Shown: positions 12,199-22,230 of the stretch, one piece after another
Position numbering within the stretch: the stretch's first letter is position 1
Layout: every line of letters starts with the position of its first letter
From: Takakia lepidozioides
Taxonomy: Eukaryota > Plantae > Bryophyta
Assembly (NCBI GenBank): GCA_030704615.1
Contig: CM060734.1
Location: 42,780,001 to 42,844,000 of the forward strand
Length of the DNA stretch: 64,000 nt
Direction of reading: 5' to 3'
The notes under the pieces: model-generated
Database searches by the model: none
What the model saw: only the letters and a program-made list of their open reading frames with translations
Told to the model about the DNA's origin: nothing
Translations under genes and position numbers: made by a program

Positions 12199-12720
12199 TT
12201 TGGCATACATGTCCACGAGGGTATTGTTCAGAATGACATCTGGTACAATTCCAGCTTTCCCAATGCAACCATGCATCTCTTTGCCATTTTCCAGGGCTGC
12301 CACGCTTGCACATGCATTGTACATGCAAACAAATGTTATGTGGTTGGGCACGAGCATCGCGTACACCACACCTTTTCTAGAGATCCCAGGCTTGCATATG
12401 CATTGCAAACACAAACAAATGTCGAGCTTTTTTCTCCTCATCTCTGCTATCTGTTTTTGTCAAAGTCATTCCAAACTACCACAGATCCACCCAACGAGCT
12501 AACTTACAGAATTCAATATGCATCTCAGGCCGAGTCTGATGAGAGGGAAAAACAGGCTGAAATAGGTCGAAGAAGAAGGTGCCTTCACCACAATGTCCTT
12601 GACAATTCAGTATGCATCTCAGGGCAGAGTCTGATGAGAGGGCAAAACAGGCTGAAATAGGTCGAAGAAGAAGGTGCCCTCACCACATTTGCCTTGACCT
12701 TGTGGCATGACCCATGGAGG
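12196..12720 (-). pseudogene. PDF-linker repeats followed by PPR fragment
   Basis: Minus strand: two copies of the linker also seen at ~960-1080, ~1500-1590 and ~8190-8290 (gaaggcaccttcttcttcgacctatttcagcctg), then PNHITFVCMYNACASVAALENGKEMHG...NTLVDMYAKC. Confidence 0.7.
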
Positions 12721-13109
12721 ATTTGACCATCAACCCAAAAGGACCTCTTGTGTGTGCTGATTGTGTATGTAGTCAGGTAATGTTGGATTTAGATTTCAAA
12801 TCGTTTATTTGGTCTGCCTCTCCGCATTAACATTTTGGTTTTCCATATTATTTGAAGTTATACATATGCCCAAGGTTTTATTGTTTATGGTGGACATTAG
12901 CGTTTTGATATAATAGATCCATTCTTTAAGAAAAAATAGTTGTCTGCATAAACTCAGTGACAAATATTATTGTTTTGAACAAAAGGTGTCTTGATAAGTA
13001 TTGATGCGGATATAGTATACCAGGCGCCATAGCCGGGCCCGCGCAGGTACGACACGAGCGGCAGAGACGACGGAGCCTGCCTATTACCCACTGGACCCGC
13101 GTACCACAT

Positions 13110-13790
13110 GTCATTCTGAACTCTACCCTCGTGGACATGTATACCAAATGTGGGAGACATTTCAGCAGATTCAAATACGTTTGTCTGTCTCTTGCTTTAG
13201 TGCATCAAGATGAAAGGTCTGGAAACTGGAAAGCAGGTGAACACACACATTATCCAAAGTGGATTCATGCCAAGGATGCGAAGGGAGTTCTCAACACCAT
13301 GCAAAATGTGGGTGCATCGAGGATGCGGAGGGAGTGTTTGACAGTATGGCTGAATGAGATTTGGTGTGACCGTGGAGTGCAATGATTGCAGGGTATGCAC
13401 AGCAAGGGCGCGGAATGGAGGCTGTGGAGACCTATGAGCAAATGATGGGGGAAGGGGTGAAGCCCGACCACATCACGTTTGTTTCCGTTTGCAATGCGTG
13501 TGCAAGCGTGGCAGCCCTGGAAAAGGGCAAAGAGGTCCATGGTGACATCGTCAAAACTGGAATTGTACACTGCCCTGGTGGACATGTATGCCAAATGTGG
13601 GTGCATTGAGGATGCGAAGGGAGTGTTCGACAATATGGCTGAACGAAATGTGGTGTCGTGGAACGCGATGATCGCAGGATATGCCCAACATAGTTGTCAT
13701 ATGGAGGTCCTGCAACTATTTGAAGGAATACAAAAGAATGGATTGAAGCCAGACAGTCTCACCTTTATATGTGTGAAATATGATGGCACA
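13110..13790 (+). pseudogene. PLS-class PPR remnant (C-terminal PPR motifs)
   Basis: MIAGYAQQGRGMEAVETYEQMMGEGVKPDHITFVSVCNACAS... and TALVDMYAKCGCIEDAKGVFDNMAERNVVSWNAMIAGYAQH...KPDSLTF; frameshifted. Confidence 0.85.
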
Positions 13791-13908
13791 TACAACTTGT
13801 TGGTAAAATGCAGAGAGAACATTCTGCTGCTCAGATGGATCCACCTGCCAGCTGCAGCATAGATGTTTGATAGCAATTATAAATTCAGTGGAGGAGATGT
13901 CGTAGGGG

Positions 13909-14110
13909 CAACGACGCAATGGCGTGAGCGTTGCACGTGAGCGCGCGAGCGTACGCTCACGCAGGAGTGACGTGGCGTGAGCGTACGCTCACGCCAGCTG
14001 ACGTGGCGTGAGCCTGCACACACGCTGACGTGGCGTGAGCGTCATGTCAGCATGCTGATGTGGCGGTAAATGATGACGTGGCACTATCCGTCAACTGCCA
14101 CGTCAGCATT
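13909..14110. repeat. Left TIR/subterminal repeats of the MULE, rich in TGACGTGGC
   Basis: TGACGTGGCGTGAGC at ~13968, 13999 and 14026; TGACGTGGC at 14074; inverted GCCACGTCA at ~14097. Confidence 0.8.
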
Positions 14111-14558
14111 AACATGCGCCGCCTATAACCGTGGATGGTCCTATGACCGTGGAATTAATGCAGGGAATCTTGCCTAAATAGAATCAAGACGAGCGTTGAG
14201 GCCTACAATTGCAGCATCCAACATTGTGCAATTACAAATGCTTGTTTCACTTTTACAATTACGAAGACGACAAAATATCCTCACAAAGTGTGCGCCATAA
14301 AGGCTGCCACGAGAAGACTTCCTCCCTCCTCAAATAACAATGAGAGTTATGATCATCTTCAAAAGATGATTGTAGTGCATAGCGACAGCAAGACATGTAG
14401 ACTTCGAACGGTGCAATGACAAATGTGCACTACCTAAAAGTTGTCACTCAGAGCTCACTCCGTATAGTTGGAGGCCATATCATTGCACAGCCGACGAATT
14501 GATGTGAATTACACATTTCAAATCATGGTCATCCACATACCACATTACATAGTTCATG

Positions 14559-17500
14559 CTACCCATGTGTTGTATCCCGCTGCAAAAGAGTATCGACCTC
14601 GTTGAAACTCATAGTGGCCTGGTGAATGAAGTTGTCACGTTTGGGATCGCAAACCATCCTCCTCAAAAATATGAAATACAAATGTTTGCAGGGTATGAAT
14701 TTACCTCTCTTGCCCAAACTGGTTGATAGCATATTCACAAAATCAGGACATGTGCAATTGGGGAAATTGGAAACCGTGATGTCGTAGGTCCTGTCATGAA
14801 CAGCAGATGTGGAAGTGATGATTGTGAATACCCGACCATATCCTGGATCGGGTACTTCCGTGGTGCTTCCGACACGAGCTTGGAGCATTCTTGCGGACTC
14901 CACTTTGCCAAAGTGTTCAGCGGTTGGAGGGAAACGCCGAACGAGCTTTCCATCTCGTTTGGTTGGCCACAAGTCAGGATTTGCCGGGGGGACCCGGGAG
15001 GACGCAGAAGTAGTAGCACATGCATGGAGTTGGGGTTGTCTCGCAAGGGAAAAACCTGCCTCCTCCAGCATTTCAATCTCCTGAAAGCTGAGATGTGTTC
15101 CCACCTTCACGGGCCAAACGGTTGGAGGAGATGGCTTCATCACTACGGAAGGACGCACAGTTCCATGCACACATCTGGCACAATCATCTGCGCAGAACCA
15201 GAACTTGTGGTTCTTGGCTTCTGGTTGACCGTATGGACGCATCAAGCCCGTGAAAGTCGGAGCAGGAGTTCGGGCACCACCTCTGGATATAGATGAAGTG
15301 CACTTCTCGAAATTAGTTTCCCTGATCGCTGTACATTTCACACGAGACCCGACACTTGTGCGTTCTATGTGCCAAACGTGGTCGGGGCATGCGGACTCAA
15401 GCACATCAAGGGGGTTGTTTCTCTCCTGCACCATTTCAGTGGCACGGTTTGATGCTGGAGCTTGCCGTCGTGTTGGAGGTTCCTCCACAATGGAGGTTCC
15501 GGACATGGAGCTGTCATGCAGGGGAACACGAGGCTTCGAGAAGTTATCACAGGTCTGCCCTGTGGGAATCTGAATCCGAACCAGGTGGAGTGTTCAATTT
15601 CCTCTTACAGGAGCCGAATCTCTCCTCCCCTTCAAGATGTGGAACTTCTAGAAACAAGTGGCGTTCCCTGGGCATACATGCTCACCGCCCGTGCTATCTT
15701 GATTGGATCCCCAGATCTGTTTGCAGCACGCAACATCAACTCCCATTTGTCCGGACCCTTGCCACCAACCCCACCTCGTAAGAAATCACGGTATCGGGTT
15801 TGTTGTTGCAAGGCACGTATCAAATCATCTGTTGTTGCCACATACAAATCCCGACCTCGTTTCCCAGACTGCTGCAACCATGCATTGTGCACAGTTTCTG
15901 CCAAATTGCAAGATGGCATGTCCGCCATTTCCTCAATGGACATGTTCTGCAAAGAGGATAACCACACTTCAGAATAGTGCACAGGAAACAACATAAAGAA
16001 AGCAATGAGTCAAAAATATGGAAAGCAAATGTATGAATAAAGCATGAAATAGAAGCCTCGTACCATTGTCATGGCTGCTCCCCACTGTCTATACCGGAAG
16101 TGCCAAAACGCCAGCCAATCTTCCAATGCTCTCATACTCTCAAGTGATGCAGCTCCAGAAGAGAACCACCAGGCACGAATTGTCTGGAACAAAGTGTCCG
16201 CCTCCTTCATTGTTCTAGCATCTTTGTACTCTTTGCACAATTTACGGTGCTGAGTCTGCATCTCTGGTTTGATGTCCGACTTTGTATGTTTTTCCAGAGA
16301 TTGTGTCCAATGGAATAGACATGTACGCTCTCTTCCTGGCATAGGCACTTTTGGGTCGCCCGATCCGAAGACAATACGAACAGCATTGAAATTTGCTTGA
16401 GCACTATCCGCCATGAAACCTGCGAAATTTGGAGATGGCAGCCCATGGCAGCCCATGACACGTATCAGGGAATTCCACATGAGCTTCTGGGATTCCGTAT
16501 CCTCGGATTGCATGTCACAAACTGCAATTGTCATAACTCGTTGGTACACTGGATCGTAGACATGACAAGCCATTGTCGTCCAATCCTTCACTCGTTTCAC
16601 ATGATCAAACATAAGAAAACAGTTTTGCAAGTCCCCAGTCTTCTGCATCCGCTTCACGAGGCTAACCCCACTGCCCTCCCAACAGTCGACATTTTGAAAA
16701 GAAAAACTTTGATGGCACCTTGACCTGGGAATACATTGTCCTGGATGTAATCGTACTTGCTCACTCGTTTCAATTCCAAAATATTGTCTATGTAGCCTCT
16801 GATCCCAGAGCCCATTCTCAATGCATTGATCTGATGCCGAATGTTAGGTGAACTTAAAGTGGAGAAATGATCCATGACCAGGTCCAATGCTGCACCGTCA
16901 AGTTTAGTCCCCACAGAATCTCCTTCACTCAAAATATGGCTTTCCAAGAAGGACTTGCTTGCGCCAAGAGCAATTGCAGATGTTGTTGCGGATGGGTTTC
17001 TCCCGAACTCCTGTTTGATCAACCTCGATACTGTCTCAACACTCTCCCTGTAATCCCCCTTCGAGACAGGATGGTTATGGAATCCAAAATGCACACAAGC
17101 TCTCGTCATTGTATTCAAACGGTGGACAACATAGTACATTCTTGCTCCGCAGAGCGCCAAGCAGGATGGCACAAGTTTGCAGAATTTGCAGACGAAAGTG
17201 TTTGCCGGTGGAGGGGCAGTCCCAGGCTGAAATGGATTTCCGCCAGACCCTCCCATTCGCTTTGATTATGAACCCCAGACTGAAGAAAGTGTCTGCAATT
17301 CAAATTATCACACCTAAGGTGTCCATTGCAAACTGTCCTCCTGAAAACAAGCTTGTCATCATTCTGAATATTGGATGTTTTTGTTCTGCACCACGGGTGC
17401 CCGTCGTGTTTCTTGTCCATTCCATGCATCATGATTGTTACACCTCCAACTCGCGGAGGAGGAGGCAGCTCGAATAGGATATCGCCATCAAAAGTCTCCG

Positions 17501-18074
17501 GCAAGAACTTCACAGGCACCTGCTTCAAAGATTCCCAATCAATTCCCCGCAACTCACTTTTGAATCCAGCCATTCCTCCCATCGCCCGCAATTTTGGAAT
17601 GACACTACAAATCTCTTCTTCATCAGCTTCTGCAACCACAGTAGGAAGGACTGGACTTGGAATTTCACTTATGTCATCATCGGAAGAATCCGAAAGCTCA
17701 ACGATTGGAGTGGAGGAAGTCTGTTCTTTTTTCACCACCACCTCCCTCTTGTCTTCAACGACCGAAGCAGCAGTCCCGGGCGTCACATATGACCCAAGGG
17801 ACTTTCGCCGAGGCTCTCCAAGTACTCTGTATCGACCAGGACGCACTCTCCACTGGCTGATATGAGCCGTCTCATCACGGTTTTGGAAAGAATATTTCAC
17901 CAACTTCCCTTTCAGATCGTAAACCTCTTTCTCCAAAAAGATGGAGCCATTCTGCAGCTGAAAACGGGTAGCCAAGACATGTTCCAGAACAATTGCAAAT
18001 CCATTGTCAAGGACTTCCTGGGAGAACGGCACTGGTTTGTCGTCTGAGAAGAACTCCGCTTCAGAGGAAGCCAT
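14559..18074 (-). pseudogene. MULE DDE transposase with N-terminal GCM/WRKY-like Zn domain and C-terminal SWIM finger (frameshifted in this sequence)
   Basis: Fragments read consecutively: DGHPWCRTKTSN...CNGHLRC.N..C, then VCKFC...C...C.ARMYY...CVHFGFHNHP (GCM-like). DDE core: FDHVKRV, FMADSAQA, CLFH (CxxH), NLAETVHNAW. SWIM: CTCPDF...PCKHLYF. A phase-0 GT-AG intron spans 16063-15947. About 4 frameshifts (~17250, ~16660, ~15650, ~15550). Confidence 0.88.
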
Positions 18075-19304
18075 CTTCCTTCCTCGAGTATGTTTGTACC
18101 TTGCTATCGCAGATCTAGTGTAAATCGGTTTACTGCTGTCTCCAGAACACAGTTGAAGAATGAGCAGAGAATATGGCGGAGGAAGCTCAGATAACGACTG
18201 TGCATATTATGTTATTCTTTCCAGATATGCAGCCGTCCATTTTAATTACTTTTCTTGTGGGCCCAGTGGTCAGAGTATCCCTAGGGGCAGTGTCGGCAAC
18301 TGTTAAACCGTTAATCAGAACCTCATCAATAAACCCAATAACAAAGCCGACTTCCTGGAAGCATGCCACAGGATCTGAGAATGGGATTGCAGATTAAGTA
18401 AATGTATCTATATACTACTACAAATGATCATGCGCACCTGGAAAGTTCCAAATGTGAAACGAATGTGGGGTTTGGCTAACAAGGATGACCGTGTATGATA
18501 TTCCAAAATTTGTCATCAAACTCTCGTTCATTTATATTTATTTGTTTAAGACTGCGCATCAATTTCTGGATTCGCTGTTCTTTTTAAATATTGAACCCGT
18601 TCTAATAAAGAACACGCCGTTTTTTTGGGCGGCACACGTCAGACATCCATAACTGAATACGAACAGCTGTACACCAATTGCTGGCATGTGCACTAATAAG
18701 GGAACGACTATGTGTAACGGTCACGCGGGAGGGAATCCGATGCTTCTAGAGACACGCAAGAACACAGGCAATCCCGCAAGAAATCGAGAGTCACTGCGTT
18801 TTTCTACTTTTCGCGCTTAGAGGGAGAGTGGTAGTCAAGCTGGAGAGGGTTCCTTCTAGAATACGAAAGAGAAGAAAGTCTCTTTATTTTACTTCCCTTA
18901 GAGAGAGACGCAGAGCAAGAGAGAAAATGACGAGGCGTCGTTTGTTGGAGAACACAGGGCCAAGGCAGCAGGTGAACGCGGGAGACTGATTCACAAGAGC
19001 AGACGGAGACTGAGGCAGCGGCTGCGACACAGTCGGCGATAAGAGTGCGCCAGCCTGTGGAGGCAGAGATGATTCGCAGGGACACTGAAGAAGGTGGAAG
19101 CACGCGGAACGCCGAACCTGGAGAAGGTCAAGAAACCCTTGCGCAGACAGAAACTCCAGCAGATGTGAGAGGGAAGAGGAAAGCTGCAGAAAGGGATCAA
19201 ATTTCAAAACCTAAGAAGGTGCCAGTAAGTTTATCATATAGTCTGTCTGATTGCCTTTCAAGGAGTCCTTCCTCTTCCATTCTTTAGCAGGAACTACTAA
19301 ATTG

Positions 19305-19619
19305 CGAGCGTCGTTAACGCCATTCGATTCTCCTCATGAGATTTATGTACCTATGTGTTTGAAGAGAGAGTCTGCACTTACTATTCTCCCTAAACTACAC
19401 TGAATGTCGTTGCCGCCAATCAGTTGCACATGTATGTCATTAACAACACCGATCCGGCAGGTCGTTATCTTTGTGATTGTCGTTAACGCCGTTCGCTATC
19501 GCTCTGCTTTTGTTTTGAATATGGCAGTCTCGCTTTGCATGTGTAGATTGTGCTGAATTCTTTCACACCATTCATGGTGAGTTTCCTTGATACAGAGTGA
19601 TGGTCGTTACCGCCATTCA
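19305..19619. repeat. Degenerate copies of the 22-bp palindrome in intron 1 of the ParB-MTase gene
   Basis: Copies at 19305, 19401, 19474 and 19598 match TGAATGTCGTTGACGCCATTCA at 17-20 of 22 positions. Confidence 0.75.
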
Positions 19620-21511
19620 CTATTTGCAAATCACGTCAGTCAGAACTGAATGGCATCGTGCAGAAAACTGTGAGGTCGAAGCCTACAGGATCAGAGGGGA
19701 AAGGATCTGGAGAGGGACGAGTCCGCAAAAAGCTTAGAGAATACAGATGAAAGAGATGAATCCGAAGTGCACTACCTTGACAAGGTGAAAGAACTCATGT
19801 CATTCCAGAAGGTAAACTCTCAGGAGGTTATAAGGGACATGCTCGTATCTGGAGGGCGTCTGGACATACCTCTGTGCCGGATGATATCAATGCCTGTTGT
19901 GCGTCCACCTCTTTCCCATGACATAACAAAAATTGGAGAGTGATTTTGTGCATGGATATAGACTTGGTGCACAAGTTTTTTATGTGTCACTGACGGATAA
20001 AATGGGGAAAAGCACATTAGTGTCTCCAGAGATCAGTGATAACTGGGATGAGTGCTGGAAAGATGCCAATGAGGAGTTCGAGCTGGGCCTCATGATGGGA
20101 AAGAACACCCAGCAATTCTGCAAACCACATGTTCTTCGTCTGGGACGGCAACCACCGATTGCTGGCATGGATGGGATACATTCAGAAACCCATTCGAAAG
20201 ACAAAGACAAAGCATGTTGCTGTGGAGGCAATGGTTTTGGATCCAGGAAACGACATCGCTAGGCTTCTTACAGCTATGCACGACGTGAACAAGTAAGTCA
20301 TCCAGGAGTTTCATTCCCTCTGGGTGTTTGTTAATCCTCAAAAACAGTGTTAAGGAATGCAATGTTTCCAATGTTTTTGCAGATCGACAGAGAAATCGCA
20401 TGTGACAACAAAGCTTGTTCACACACTATTCCGAATTCAGAGGATTGGTCTGATGAAGCTGGATGATTTTCGGACAGTACTACCACCCAATATCATCAGA
20501 AGTGCGAAACAGGAAGAGCTGCAGGACTTGGTATTCTTTGACACGAGAGGCGTTTCTGGAGTACATGTATGCGGTAAAGCCCGAGTCTGTAATCTGTTTA
20601 CTTTTCGAATACATGTTTGTAGTCCTTCGGAGCTAATCACTACTTGAATGAATGCAGCAAGAACTGGCAGAGGCAGCTGAGAGGGGAAAATCCGAATATT
20701 ACGCACTACACCAGAAGACTAAGAGGACATCAAAGGGTGTGGAAGCTGCAATAAAGAAGGAGTTTGAAATGCGAAGAACCAAATTGATGTCAGCCTTCGG
20801 AAAGCAGCTTAGAATAGTAGATCCTGGACTTGGTCCTGAGTTCCTTCAGCAGATCAAAACACACTATGACAAGCATGTGCATCCGGAGATGCAGCAGGAG
20901 AAATTGCACCGGCTGGCCATATCGATGGTCGACCCACAAACCAAATAAGGTGGCTGGAGATATGGAACTCAGATCAAACAGTAAAGGAACTTGAATCAGT
21001 TCCCAAAGAGCACCATACAGCCTGACACAAAGGTGGAAGGAATCAGTGATTTGGTGTTTGATAACTGGCTCCCAAGGCTAAATTGGAGTCAGGTGTTGTA
21101 TTCGAACATGCTGTTTCTTCTCTTCAAGTATGTGAGTGTTCCTTTTTTGCAATTCTGACAAAATATATAATTTGCAGCTCGAAAAAAGCGCAACCGTCAT
21201 TTGTGCTGGATCAGACTTTGAAGGACTGAACATGCGATTGTTATCCCTCCCCCCAAATGTCATTGGAGGCATTAATAAGGAGTGGAGAGGTCTCACCTGG
21301 AGATACTGTTTTTTCGGGCCCCCCCAGAGTTCTCCAAAGATGGTGGTAACCTCTTTACGTCCTTCAACGACCTGTTTTTGAAACACAAGTTAGGTTGGAG
21401 GAGAGTGGGCCATGTGCGCGGTGGACACCGGTGCAATGTCATACTTGAAACTATACTGGTTTTTTTGGAAGCAAAAAAATGTGGCTCCTTATGGATGCAT
21501 CTCGATCAAGA

Positions 21512-22230
21512 TGAATGTACGCTGACGACATCACTCTTTTGTCGAGTCCTTCTAGCGAGTATATGAATTCACCTGGTTAGGATCTAAGGGTGCAATTATA
21601 TTGTCCCTGATTAGAATTGATAATGTCCTTGAATGGCGTTGACGACATTCACATACGGAGTTGTTGAGAGGTCCTCAGAGTTATTTAAATTTTTGTAATG
21701 TCCATAGAGGTTACAGTGAGGGTTCCTCACTTCATTTTGCTGAATGTCAATGCAGACATTCAGTTGTTCTGCATTGTTTTTGCCTCTTGCGATGAATCTG
21801 GAGGCTTGATAAGCTCTGTTTTAAGAAATCCAAAGTGAATGTCGTTGACGACATTCACAGCTGTGTCTGTATTATTCAACAACGACAAATTAATTTACAT
21901 GGATTGGGAGCTAAGTAATTGGTTCTTTTTTTGTATTTTTGTGAATGGCGTTGACGCCATTCACATACAGTGATGTTGTGAGGTCCTCAGTGATAGGTTC
22001 GTTATGAATGTGCATTGAGTTTTCCTGGAGGGTTCCTTACTCAATTTTTTGATTTCCATCCTGTGATTTTGCTTCATTTAAGTAATAATTTGGCTTCATT
22101 AGTGAATGTCGTTGACGACATTCACTTCTATGTCTGTGTCATTTCTAAACGATAATTTGCATTCACCTGGATTAGGGTGTATTTACAGTGTCATTGAATG
22201 GAATGTTCTGAATGGCGTTGACGACATTCA
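21512..22230. repeat. Array of 22-bp palindromes TGAATG[T/G]CGT-TG-ACG[A/C]CATTCA in the long intron of the ParB-MTase gene
   Basis: Copies at 21512 (degenerate), 21630, 21741 (variant core), 21836, 21942, 22103 and 22209, with start-to-start spacing of 95-161 bp. They are arranged as three diverged higher-order units of ~270-320 bp. Confidence 0.9.

Noticed and set aside
21512-22230. CRISPR array (palindromic repeats with spacers)
   Set aside because: Spacers are 73-139 bp, unequal and partly homologous to each other; the array lies in a spliceosomal intron; no cas genes are present.
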